From: Heterodontus francisci
Lineage: Eukaryota
Assembly (NCBI RefSeq): GCF_036365525.1
Contig: NW_027140645.1
Location: 1 to 64,000, forward strand
Reading direction: 5' to 3'
DNA length: 64,000 nt
Position numbers and translations under genes: made by a program. The notes below the pieces were generated by a model. The model was not told where the DNA came from. It did not search any database and worked only from the letters and a program-made list of their open reading frames with translations. The first letter of the stretch is position 1, and the number at the start of each line of letters is the position of its first letter. This document shows, piece by piece, positions 50,409 to 64,000 of this stretch.

Positions 50409-50737
50409 GAGATACAGCACTGAAACAGACCCTTCGGCCCACCGAGTCTGTGCCGATCATCAACCACCCATTTATACTAATCCTACATTAATCCCATTAC
50501 CCGCTCACATCCCCACCTTCCCTCAATTCCCCTACCACCGACCTATACTAGGGGCAATTTATAAGGCCAATTTACCTACCAACCTGCAAGTCTTTGGCAT
50601 GTGGGAGGAAACCGGAGCACCCGGAGGAAACCCACGCAGTCACAGGGAGAACTTGCAAACTCCGCACAGGCAGTACCCAGAATTGAACCCGGGTCCCTGG
50701 AGCTGTGAGGCTGCGGTGCTAACCACTGCGTCGCCCA
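50409..50737 (-). mobile_element. V-SINE
   Basis: Consensus head, core and tail. Confidence 0.88.
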
Positions 50738-52853
50738 CATTTAACCTTTGCCCAAGTGAATTTATTTTCTACAGTTACAATGTATTAGGGAAAAGATGAT
50801 TCTAATCATTGTGGGGCTCAGAAAGGATGACGAAAATCTTTCCGAACTCAATCACACCAGACTCCAACCGAACATTGCTGCGACTTGTACAAGTAAACTC
50901 CCCAACTGAAGATATCTAAATCCCAGCTCATTGTCGGTGATTAACATTTACTGAAGCAACAACATACCAGCATCGTTGAGATGTCTCAACAGCAGATCAA
51001 AGGGCAGCAACAAGAGGTTGAAGCATCTCAGTCTCCCCTCAACTCCCATTTGTTGCTTTAGAACAGGTTACAGGCAGCCCGAGAACATCAACTCTACATT
51101 TTATGTAGAGAGGATCCTCCGCATAATTAGCTTCTACTGACTAACACATTCACAAAGGTGCAAGATTAGGGGTAGATCTTACTCCAATCTCTGAAATGGG
51201 ACATGAACCCCACAACCTCCAAACACAAGCCAAAGTGCCACCCACTAAGCCATGGCTAGCTCTTAGCAAGTGGATTTTTTCTCCAGTTGGAACATTAAAC
51301 AAAGAATTAAACACTTTTGCTCCAAGTTGTGGGCACTGAGGCATAAAAAACAGCTGCAGTGCTTAAATCTTGTTGTAGTCCCAAGGCTGACTCCATGATG
51401 TCTTAAAGAGTCTCTGATGACACAGGGAATGATCTAACGGGATATTATGTGCCACCTCCCAGTTTTAATTCATTCTGGGAATGTGGCCATTGTTGGTCAA
51501 GTCCAGCCTTTATTGTCCATCCCTGGTTGCCCTGAGACAGTGGAGTGGGCTGCCTTCTTGAACTGCTGCAGTCCACGTAGATTTGTAGCGGTTTGATATT
51601 AAATAGAATGCTAGGCCATTCCGTACAGTGAACCAATAGTCACTGCTCAGGCTGACAGCGAGAGCAGTCATCAGCTGAGGTTCTGGAACAGAGACAGCAC
51701 TCAGAACTATATGCCAGTGTGACCCAGCACGAGACACAGATTCCACTCTCAGTGCTAATGGAGCCCCTCCCTCCCCCCCACCCCCACACTCCCACTGCCT
51801 CCCATTAATAAAGGACTCTGCCTGCCTTAGCCAGGAATCAGCTACCAAATTCTACTGGGCAGAAGAGATCCTTTCCTGTTTGTACTGCTAGAAGCTACTG
51901 CGCTCAGGGTGGGGGCCAGGAAGCAGAGTTAAGTGTTGTTTTCACTCAACTTCTGCTAAATGTTAAACATCTTTTAAACCAAATCTTTCCCTATTTAGGA
52001 CACAAAACAGAAATAGGAGAAATCTGGACAGCAACGAAAAGCAAACTGCCTTTCCCCGTGACAGTGTCACCTGTCCAACATTTAGCTATTCTGGGACTAG
52101 CCGTACCCAAACATCTTTCCCAAAAATTACCCATCCTCATTTTCAAATCCCTCATCCCTCCCAATCTCTAACCTCCTCCAGCTCCACAACCCTCCGAGAT
52201 CGCTGTGTTCCTCTAATTCTGGCTTGAGCATTCCCGATTTTAATCCCTCCACCATTGGTGGCTGTGTCTTCAGATACCAGGAATTTCCTCCCCTAAACAT
52301 CTCCATCTCTCTAACTCTCTTTCCTCTTCAAAACCAACCTCTTTGACCAAGCTTTTGGTCACCTGCCCCAGTATCTCCTTATATGGCTCAGTGTCTAATT
52401 TTGCTTTCCAAAACTCCTGTGAAACACCTGGGGACATTTTACTACATTAAAAAGGTGCTACATAAAAAGGAGTTGTTGTTGGTAGAACATTTGAAACAAT
52501 ATTGGAATAATACCTACCAGCAGGAAGATATCTGCCAACATAAGAACTGAAGTCAATGGAGACACCCCAAGTAATGCAGTGACCCGGAGCTCCCGGTCAC
52601 ATATTTAATTTGCAAGCTTCAAGACATTAACCTGGAACAGTATCAGCTGTTAATGTTAGTCTGCATTTACATGGCAGCAGGATTCCTGACACACGAGTTC
52701 TCTCTCCACAGCCACAATCATCTACATCATCTTTAACAGAGACAGAAGCGACAGTAATGCTGCCACACAGAACGCAACAAGACTACATCACTGCAGCATC
52801 TGGCAAACTGAAGACAATGCCACTTTCACATGGAGGGCGGAAAATAACATTAC

Positions 52854-52991
52854 CTCACTCCACATGCTGCAACTATTACAATGCATGGGTTATCATTGAT
52901 GATTGCAGCTGAACTCTTGTTAACTTGCACACCCAGTTTAAGCAGTGGACAATCAGACATGCACAGAAAGGCAGTATTCAGCTCCGTAAGA
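52854..52991 (-). other. Candidate upstream exon of the kelch gene; possibly coding from ATG at 52960
   Basis: ctttcccgttgcag acceptor and GAG|gtaatg donor; ATG at 52960 ends in phase 2 and splices in frame to 49039 (…CGVR|GNFWEEGNMELL). Confidence 0.4.
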
Positions 52992-53267
52992 CTGCAACGG
53001 GAAAGTAGCACCTGAGCTTGTAACCATTGCAGAGATGGACACACCTCTCATCAACTCAAGCCAAGATCTCTCCCCCCCCCCCCCCATTGCAGCTGGGACG
53101 GCTCTCCAATGTGCAGTGGAGACCTTTTTTTCTATTTTTTTTTTGCAAATGATAAGCTGAGCAGTGAATTTGCAATAGGATTTTTAGAGGAAAGCCTCCC
53201 TGTGTGCACACCCGAATCACTGTCTCTCCCTGGACCCGGGAGCTGTCAATCACCCGGACGCACATAC

Positions 53268-53360
53268 CTGGCTCCGCTTCGCACTCCTGCAAGAAAACTC
53301 TGCTCGGAAGCGGAAATCAGCCGCCAGCTCTTATTTCCGCCACTTTAACTCCACCCACTT
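53268..53360 (-). promoter_or_regulatory. Probable promoter and non-coding first exon of the kelch gene
   Basis: Small CpG-rich patch with ETS-like CGGAAG/CGGAAA motifs and a strong CAG|gtatgt donor at 53267. Confidence 0.5.
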
Positions 53361-53779
53361 GCACACACACATAATTCCTGGAATCTCCTACAAGGGAAGG
53401 TCTGCAAAGAAAAAACAAGGAATAAGCAGGGGGAAGGCCACTGTGTTAAGGTCCTCCTGTTAGAGTGAACCGAGGGGCTGGAACCTGTATAAAACCCCTT
53501 GGGCTGGATTGCACCAAAATATGGTTTTGTTGTGTAATGCAAATCTACATTGCATGTGGAATGGAAGGCTTGTGAGGAAACTCACCTTCTGTATTGAAGA
53601 AAACTGATTTGCACTTCCTGGAATGGCAACTTGGAATTCTTTTGTAATGTTACAGATTTTTTATGAACAAAGTATATTTTTGGGGGATGAAAAACAAGGA
53701 ATAAGCATAAAATCATAGAAGCTTAGAGCAATAAGGTGCAATCCAGTTACTGCTCTGTGATCCCTTGTCTCACAGAGAA

Positions 53780-55000
53780 CCTACAACAACAACTTGTCTT
53801 TAGTGAAACATCCCAAGGCACTTCTAAAAATCAATATTTGACAGCGAGCTACCTCAGGAAATGTTTAGGGCAAGAGATAGAAAAGCCTTAAAAGAGGAGA
53901 GAGAGGTAGACAGCCAGGTTTAGTTTAGTTTAGTTTAGAGATACAGCACTGAAACAGGCCCTTCGGCCCACCGAGTCTGTGCCGATCATCAACCACCCAT
54001 TTATACTAATCCCATATTCCTACCACATCCCCACCTGTCCCTATATTTCCCTACCACCTACCTATACTAGGGACAATTTATAATGGCCAATTAACCTATC
54101 AACCTGCAAGTCTTTGGCATGTGGGAGGAAACCGGAGCACCCGGAGGAAACCCACGCAGACACAGGGAGGGAATTCCAGAGCTTAGGGCCCAGGCAGTCA
54201 AATATGCACCTGGCAATGGTGGAATGATTAAAATCAGGGATGCGCAAGAGCCCAGAGTGGGAGGAGTGCAGAGATCTCAGAGGGTTGTGGGGCTGGAGGA
54301 GATTACAGAGATCGGGAGGGCCGAGGTCATAGAGGGATTTGAAAACAAGGATGAGAATTTTTAAATGGAGACACTGCTTGACCGGGAGCCAGTGTAGGTC
54401 AGCGAGCACTGGGGTGATGGGTGAATGGTATTTGGTGCGAGTTGGGACACGGACAGCAGATTTTTGGATCACCTCAAGTTGACGGAGGGTAGAATGTGGG
54501 AGACCAGATAGAGGTGTGTAGGAATTATTAAATATAGAGATAACAACAACACGGATGAGGGTTTCAGCAGTCGATGAGCAATGGGGTGAAGTCAGGCGAT
54601 ATTACGGAGTTGGAAATAGTCTGTCCTGGTGATGGCACGAATATGAGGTCAGAAGCTCATCTCGGGGTCAAATGTGACACCACGGTTGTGAACAGACTGG
54701 TTCAGTCTCAGACAGCTGCCAGGGAGAAGGATGGAGTCGATAGCTGGGGAACAGAGTTGGTAGCAGGGACCATAGACAATGGGCTCAGTCTTCCCAATGT
54801 TTAATTGGAGGAAATTTCTGCTCATCCGGTACTGGGTGTTGGATAAACAGTCTGATAGTTTAGCAACGGTGGAGGAGTGGAGAGAGGTGGTGGTGAGGTA
54901 GAGCTGGGTGTCATCAGCGTACATGTGGAAATCGGTGAAGTGTTTTTGAATACTTTCGCTGAAGGGCAGCTTGTGGATGAGAAATAGGAGGGGTCCAAGG
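53780..55000 (-). mobile_element. L2 LINE RT to 3' end, with truncated V-SINE inserted at about 53920-54168
   Basis: YADDTQLYL, LQLNIGKTE and ITPVLADLHWLPV are L2-typical motifs. Confidence 0.88.
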
Positions 55001-55871
55001 ACTCAGAAGGAGGCCATTTGGCCCATCATTCTGTGACAGATCTTTGAAAGAGCTATCTAATCAGTTCTATCTCCCCCTGTTCTTCCCCCATAGCCCTACA
55101 AATCTTTCCCCTTTAAGTATTTATCCAGCTCCCTTTTGAAAGTTACTATTGAATTTGCTTCTACCGCCCTTTCAGGCAGCGCATTCCAGATCGTAACAAA
55201 TCGCTGCGTAAAAAACAATGATATGCAAAATTAATCTAATAAACTTACAACACAGAAACAGGATATTTGTCCCAATCAGTTCATGTTGGTCTTTATCCTC
55301 CACATGAGCAATAGTCCAAATCCCAGGGGCCTGCCCTGTTCCCAAATCCCTTTATTTCCCTTTCCTTCAATCACCTATCTAACCTGATCTTAAATGCAGA
55401 CATGGCCAAATTTTGTTTGGTAATGCTCCAAAGAAGCACTTTGGGTATTTCACCATGTTAAAGGGGCTTTATAAATGCAAGTTATTGTTGCATTCCATTC
55501 TGTGTGAAGATGTTTCTCCTGGCCTCTGTCCTAAATCTCTTACGTTTAATCTTACACTGATGTAATTCCATTCTAGACCCCTGGAAATGGTTCCTATCTA
55601 CTCCACCTCATCCCTTTATAATTTTAAATACCTTGATCAATCATTTCCTAGTTATGCTGTCATGAAAACTGCTCCAATTTTAACGTTCTTTCTATTTGCA
55701 TTTCCTTACAGCAGGCAGTATCCTGGTGAATCTGCACTGTCCCCTCTTTACTGCCTCAATATCCTTAACAGTTACTGGTGACATTTTTCAAACCTGCCTG
55801 TAATGAAGAAATAAATTTGTGAGATGGCATCAAGACAGTACAATTGTACAAATGGAGTATTTAAAACAGAA

Positions 55872-56190
55872 GGTGGCACAGTGGCGCAGTGGTTAGCACC
55901 GCAGCCTCACAGCTCTAGCAACCCGGGTTCGGTTCTGGGTACTGCCTGTGTGGAGTTTGCAAGTTCTCCCTGTGACCGCGTGGGTTTCCTCCGGGTGCTC
56001 TGGTTTTCTCCCACCGCCAAAGACTTGCAGGTTGACAGGTAAATTGGCCATTGTAAATTGCCCCTAGTGTAGATAGGTGGTAGGAGAATGGTGGGGATGT
56101 GGTAGAGAATATGGGATTAATGTAGGATTAGTATAAATGGGTGGTTGATGGTCAGCACAGACTCGGTGGGCCGAAGGGCCTGTTTCAGTG
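55872..56190 (+). mobile_element. V-SINE
   Basis: Consensus head, core and tail. Confidence 0.88.
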
Positions 56191-57369
56191 CAAGTAGAAT
56201 AGGGAGAAAGACCAGTTTGTTTATTTATTTCAGAAAATTTGAAATAAAATGAATATGCAGCGCTATTAATGTTAGATGTTGCATGTTTAAATGAAGACTT
56301 AGAAATTGAATATTTTAAAAATAAATGTTTCATTTTCATGTGAACACATCCTTGACAATTTGCAGAATCATAGATTACTTCAATGTATTTCATTTCACCA
56401 AGATAGTAATTTGTAATTTATTGAAGATAAATTTACATAAAGATACATATAAGTACTATATGTGTTCAGTGAAGGATAAAAGACTAAGTATTATGTACCA
56501 AATAATTACTACATGACTATAATTAACATTACTTCCAAATATATAACATTCCTAAATATAAATGTAGACTTCTAAAACTATGTATTAATTATATACAATT
56601 AAACTTATTCTCCCCATATATTGCTGCAAACACAGTTATGAAGCTAATCCCTTCTTTGTAGTGAAGGAGAGAAAGGTGTTTTAAACAGTGCTAAATTAAT
56701 GCAGGTGCAGTCATTTTAAAAATCAATTTAAATTGGATAAAAGCTAGAGAAATATTAATCAGTTTATTTTTTTGTCCCAAGGTAGGCTTAAGTTTGGGGT
56801 GCACTCAATATGCAGTACAGTGATCATTGTGAGCCACAACCTCTAATAACTGATAAAAATGTTTATGATAACGCTGGAGAGGTGTTAGCCCAGTTTGCAC
56901 CACAATATGTTTCTTGTGATGTGTAATCAGAAATAATCCCTGACAACATGCTTTCAAATCACTGGGGTGAAAATCCACCAAGATTTACAGACCATCTCTA
57001 CATTTCAGCTTAAAGCCATTGATTTGAAGTCCCCTATGATTATTATCTTATAATGTCAAAGCCTCTTTGACTTTTGTTAACAACTTGCTCTCTCCTTGTT
57101 TACCTCGTGTTGCCTTTATTATGTCTCACTTCTACCCTCAATGCTTCTGCACACCTCCCATTCTGTTTCATGTCCATTCTTCTGACAGCTGTTGTCTCAT
57201 CCTTACCAACATTTCCACTCTGTACCCAGGTAGCAGAGTTAATGTTTCATCAGAACTAATGCAAGGTCACAGACCTGAAACATTAACTCTGTTTCTCTCT
57301 CCACAGATGCTGCCTGACCTGCTGAGTATTTCCAGCATTTTCTGTTTTTATTTGAGAACCTAAGCACCT

Positions 57370-57980
57370 CTTCTTGACATTCAATGGCATTACCATCATT
57401 GTATTCCCCACCATCAACATCCTGGGGGTTACCATTGACCAGAAACTTAACTGGATCAGCCACATAATACAAGAGCAGGCCAGAAGCTGGGAATTCTGTA
57501 GCAAGTAACTCACCTCCTGACTCCCCAGTGCCTGTCCACTCTCTACAAGGCACAAGTCAGGAGTGTGATGGAATACTCTCCACTTGCCTGGATGGGTGCA
57601 GCTCCAACAACACTCAAGAAGCTCGACACCATCCAGGACAAAGCAGCCCGCTTGATTGGCACCACATCTACAAACATTCACTCCCTCCACCACCGACGCA
57701 CAGTGGCAGCAGTGTGTACCATCTACAAGATGCACTGCAGCAATGCACCAAGACTCCTTAGACAGCACCTTCCGTGAGCTCTACCAACTAGAAGGACAAG
57801 GGCAGCAGATGCATGGGAACATCACCACCTGCAAGTTCCCCTCTAAGTCACACACCATCCTGACTTGGAACTATATCTCTGTTCCTTCACTGTCGCTGGG
57901 TCAAAATCCTGGAACTTTCTTCTCAAGGGCAATAAATGCTGGCTTTGCCAGCAAGCCTCACACATGAACGAATAAAAGAA
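57370..57980 (+). mobile_element. LINE-B 3' fragment
   Basis: MEYSPLAWMGAAPTTLKKLDTIQDKAARLIG ORF and 3' tail. Confidence 0.85.
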
Positions 57981-57984
57981 ATCA

Positions 57985-59350
57985 TAGAACATAGAACATA
58001 GAACATTACAGTGCAGTACAGGCCCTTCGGCCCTCGATGTTGCGCCGACCTGTGAAACCATCTGACCTACACTATTCCATTTTCATCCATATGTCTATCC
58101 AATGACCACTTAAATGCCCTTAAAGTTGGCGAGACTTCTACTGTTGCAGGCAGGGCGTTCCACGCCCCTACTACTCTCTGAGTAAAGAAACTACCTCTGA
58201 CATCTGTCCTATATCTATCACCCCTCAACTTAAAGCTATGTCCCCTCGTGTTTGCCATCACCATCCGAGGAAAAAGGCTCTCACTATCCACCCTATCCAA
58301 CCCTCTGATTATCTTATATGTCTCTATTAAGTCACCTCTCCTCCTCCTTCTCTCCAACGAAAACAACCTCAAGTCCCTCAGCCTTTCCTCGTAAGCCTTC
58401 CCTCCATACCAGGCAACATCCTAGTAAATCTCCTCTGCACCCTTTCCAAAGCTTCCACATCCTTCCTATAATGCGGTGACCAGAACTGCACGCAATACTC
58501 CAGGTGCGGCCGCACATCTCCTTAGCTATCCCCAAATTCCTACAGTTTATTCCTGTTTTGTCTTTGCATAAATGCAAAGTATCTTTAAACCTCATCTTAC
58601 CAAGAACAAAGAACAAAGAACAGTACAGCACAGGAACAGGCCATTCGGCCCTCCAAGCCTGCACCGATCTTGATGCCTGTCTAAACTAACACCTTCTGCG
58701 CTTCCGGGGACTGTATCCCCTCTATTCCCATCCTATTCATGTATTTGTCAAGATGCCTCTTAAACGTCATTATGGTACCTGCTTCCACCACCTCCCCTGG
58801 CAACAAGTTCCAAGCACTCACCACCCTCTGTGTAAAGAACTTGCAACGCACATCCCCTCTAAACTTTGCCCCTCTCACCTTAAACCTATGTCCCATAGTA
58901 ACTGACTCTTCCATCCTGGGAAAAAGCTTCTGACTATCCACTCTGTCCATGCCGCTCATAACTTTGTAAACCTCTATCATGTCGCCCCTCCATCTCCGTC
59001 GTTCCAGTGAAAACAATCCGAGTTTTACCAACCTCTCCTCATAGCTAATGCCCTCCAGACCAGGCAACATCCTGGTAAACCTCCTCTGTACCCTCTCCAA
59101 AGCCTCCACGTCCTTCTGGTAGTGTGGTGACCAGAATTGCACGCAATATTCTAAGTGTGGCCTAACTAAGGTTCTGTACAGCTGCAGCATGACTTGCCAA
59201 TTTTTATACTCTATGCCCCGACCGATGAAGGCAAGCATGCCGTATGCCTTCTTGACTACCTTATCCACCTGCGTTGCCACTTTCAGTGACCTGTGGACCT
59301 GTACTCCCAGATCTCTCTGCCTGACAATACACCTAAGGGTTCTGCCATCT
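57985..59350 (-). mobile_element. Two CR1 3' fragments (57985-58510, 58603-59350) immediately upstream of CRYM
   Basis: ORFs 58067..58372 and 58681..59403; (tgttcta)/(tgttctt) microsatellite tails. Confidence 0.9.
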
Positions 59351-59568
59351 ACCTTGATTAAATGAATAATTTGTAAAATTTTTATAGGAAAATGCTGCCC
59401 CAAAATGGTTCACTGGCTGAGTGACATATTATTGAAGGATGAATCAAAGAGCTAATGTTTAATCAGATCATTTAACATATTCTCTTTGATTGGGTCCCTG
59501 GGTTAGTGAATAAGGTATTGTCAGGACTGGCCAGTCAGCTCTCAAAACCCGAGACAAGGATCCCAGCA

Positions 59569-59735
59569 ATGGCCGGGGAACCGATCTACATCGGATCCGG
59601 GGAGATCGAGCAGCTTCTGCAGAACTCGGAGCTGTTGCCGGTGCTGGAGAGAGCGCTCGGTAACTTCTCGAGTGAAGGCGGCGGCGGGGTGGAGCAGCCG
59701 GTCCGGTCCACCGTCCCGATCGCCAAGTACAAAGG
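59569..59735 (+). CDS. CRYM: CRYM exon 1 (mu-crystallin / ketimine reductase)
   Basis: MAGEPIYIGSGEIEQLLQNSELLPVLERALGNFSSEGGGGVEQPVRSTVPIAKYK(G), similar to human ...[26 protein letters not shown]; CpG-rich; GG|gtgcg phase-2 donor. Confidence 0.93.
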
Positions 59736-60114
59736 GTGCGGACTTTTAACCGGGAGTGTTTATTATTAAAGCAGCCCCGAACTCTGAGCTTGCACAAGGG
59801 GCTCGGGGAGATTTTTGTCCTTCATTTGCATTTGTTTATTTTTTCTATTTTCAAAAGGAACGCCAACTTCTTGCGAAATCTTTGCTGACATCTTTCCAAG
59901 ACTGATCAGCACCGAGAAACAAATTGTCCCAATCTGACCGCAAAATCCACCCACCAGCCCTTTCTAATGTTTTCTATCCACTCACTCACTCTCACATGCC
60001 AGGGTGGAGGGTGTGAGGGTAGACGGGGTCACAAGGACACTTTGGGACGTGTTGTGAGCAGCCAAATGCTTAGACAGGGCCCAGCTCCCTGCAGCAAGTG
60101 CTGCAGGTTATATA

Positions 60115-60655
60115 TTTTGTTATTCATATGGCATATGGGATGTGGGTGTCACTGGCTAGGCCAGCATTTATTGCCCATCCCTAATTGCCCTTGAGAAGGT
60201 GGTGGTGAGCTGCCTTCTTGAACCGCTGCAGTCCATGTGAGGTAGGTATACCCACAGTGCTGTTAGGAAGGGAGTTCCAGGATTTTGACCCAGCGACAGT
60301 GAAGTAACGGCGATATAGTTCCAAGTCAGGATGGTGTGTGACTTGGAGGGGAACTTGCAGGTGGTGGTGTTCCCATGCATTTGAAGCCCTTGTCCTTCTA
60401 GTTGGTAGAGGTCGCGGGTTTGGAAGGTGCTGTCTAAGGAGACTTGGTGCGTTGCTGCAGTACATCCTGTAGATGGTACACACTGCTGCCACTGTGTGTC
60501 AGTGGTGGAGGGAGTGAATGTTTGTGGATGGGGTGCCAATCAAGTGGGCCGCTTTGTCCTGGATGGTGTCGAGCTTCTTGAGTGTTGTTGGAGCTGCACC
60601 CATCCAGGCAAGTGGAGAGTATTCCATCACACTCCTGACGTGTGCCTTGTAGATG
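60115..60655 (-). mobile_element. LINE-B 3' fragment in CRYM intron 1
   Basis: YKAHVRSVMEYSPLAW ORF and tail. Confidence 0.87.
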
Positions 60656-60956
60656 TATTTTTTACTTTGTACTCTTCTACAGTGTTTTTTGGAAATGTTC
60701 ATGTCGAGAAATGAGTGAAAGTTCCCCTCACCCTCCCTTCACCCTTGACCTCACCCCCTTACCCCTTTCCTTCCTCCCCTTCTCCACTGCTGGGAAAACC
60801 CTTGGTCGTACTTTGATCATTTTGGAGTTGGGCAGGTGTTTAACACACAATATTTGTCCCAATTTGCTCGCTGTAATTAGGGAAACAAGTCGGTTCTTTA
60901 ATGTTTTCTGTAAATATTCACCTTGTTTCTGCTTTTTCTGTTGAACTGACAGTTGA

Positions 60957-62244
<1,288 letters not shown>

Positions 62245-64000
62245 GGGCTGAAGGTTGATAAGTCCCCGGGACCTGATATTCTACATCCCAGAATGTTGAA
62301 AGAGGTTGCTATGGAGATAGTGGATGGATTGATGATCATCTTCCAAAATTCTATAGATTCTGGAGCGGTTCCTGCAGATTGGAAAGTAGCAAATGTAACC
62401 CCACTATTTAAGAAGGGAGGGAGAGAGAAAACAGGGAACTTCTGACTTGTTAGCTTTACATCAGTCTTTGGGAAAATCTATTCTAAAGGATGCGATAAAT
62501 GGACATTTGGATAATTTGATTGGGCATTGTCAACATGGATTATAAATGGGAAATCATGTTTGACAAACCCATTGGAGTTTTTTGAGGATGTTACTAACAG
62601 AATTGATAAAGGGGACTCGGTGGACATGGTATACTTGGATTTTCAGAAGGCTTTTGATAAAGTCTCCCACAAGAGGTTGTTTAGCAAAATTAAAGCACAT
62701 GGGATAGGAGGTAATATACTGGCATGGATTAAGGATTGATTAACAGGCAGAAAGTAGAGAGTAGGAATAAACGGGTCATTCTCGCATTGGCAGGTTGTGA
62801 CATACATACGAACATACGAATTAGGAGCAGAAGTAGGCCATTCGGCCCCTCTAGCCTGCTCCGCCATTCAATAAGATCATGGCTGACCTGTTTGTGTCTT
62901 GAATTCCACACTCACATCTACCTCTGATCATCTTTAACTCTCTTGCCTAACAAAAATCTATCTACCATCACCTTAAAAATATTCAATGTCCCCGCCTCCA
63001 CCACCTTCTGAGGCAGAGAATTCCAAAGTCACACAACCCTCAGAGAAAAGATTTCTCCTCATCTCTGCCCTTAAAGGGCGACCCCTAATTTGAAAACAGT
63101 GTCCCTTAGTTCTGGACTCACCCACAAGAGGAAACAACCTCTCCACATCCACCTTGTCAAGACTAGTGGGGTACCGCAAGGATCAGTACTTGGGCCCCAG
63201 CTGTTCACAATATATATCAATGATTTGGATGTGGGGACAAAATGTAATATTTCCAAGTTCGTGGATGACACAAAACTAGGTGGGAATGTGTGTTTTGAGG
63301 AAGATGCAAAGCGGCTTCAAGGGGATTTGGAAAGACTTTGTGGGCGAGAACGTGGCAGATGGAATATAATGTGGAAAAATGTGAGGTTATCCACTTTGGT
63401 AGGAGGAATAGATGTGCAGAGTATTTCTTAAATGGTAAGAGATTAGAAAGTGTAGATGTACAAAGGGACCTGGGTGTCCTTGTTAATAAGTCATGCAGGT
63501 GCAGCAAGTAATGAGGAAGGCTAATTGTACGTTAGCCTTTATCACAAGAGGATTTGAGTACAGGAGTAGTGCAGTCTTGCTTCAATTGTATAGAACCATG
63601 GTTAGACCGCACCTGGAGTAGTGTGTGCAGTTTTGGTTCCCTTACCTTAGGAAGGATATTATTGCAATAGAGGGAGTGCATCGAAGATTCACCAGACTTG
63701 TTCCCAGGATGGCAGGACTGTCCTATGAAGAGATTGGGGAAACTGGGCCTGTATTCGCAAGAGTTTTGAAGAATGTGAGGTGATCTCATTGAAATCTACA
63801 AAATACCTAAAGGGATAGACAGGGTAGATGCAGGTAAGACGTTCCCTCTGGTTGGGGAGTCTAGAACCAGGGGATGTGATTTCAAAATAAGGGGGAAGCC
63901 GCTTAGGACAGAGATGAGGAGAAATTTCTTGACTCAGAGGGTTGTGAATCTTTGGAATTCTCTACCCCAGAGGGCTGTGGAAGCTCAGTCATTGAGTATG
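62245..64000 (+). mobile_element. CR1 LINE RT region with an antisense CR1 3' end nested at about 62801-63160
   Basis: GLKVDKSPGPD start, [21 protein letters not shown]; host gtgac|tagtggggt is split by the minus-strand fragment. Confidence 0.88.

Overview
Eukaryotic, repeat-dense genomic DNA of a cartilaginous fish (shark-like; inferred from the elasmobranch-type SINE/LINE repertoire). Four intron-containing protein-coding genes were reconstructed exon by exon from GT-AG boundaries and codon phase. They are UQCRC2 (minus; exons 1-5, running off the left edge), SNU13/NHP2L1 (plus; complete, 128 aa, ATG-only first coding exon), a complete BTB-BACK-Kelch gene (minus; 595 aa from the ATG at 49014, not assignable to a named KLHL), and CRYM (plus; exons 1-2, running off the right edge). 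The genes form two head-to-head pairs. Introns and intergenic DNA are filled with decayed CR1, RTE, L2 and a second CR1-group LINE, three tRNA-derived SINE families and Penelope-like terminal repeats. Notable signals: an apparently intact minimal type I hammerhead ribozyme motif in an inverted Penelope-like repeat upstream of UQCRC2, a 7-copy tandem array of YY1-type motifs at the UQCRC2 5' end, a twin-priming-like inverted RTE insertion, a three-layer LINE nest, a direct duplication flanking the last kelch exon, a possible Academ-like transposon fossil, and a 43-bp minisatellite beside a CRYM splice donor. No prokaryotic system or CRISPR array is present. Repeat boundaries are approximate and family names are recalled, not searched.
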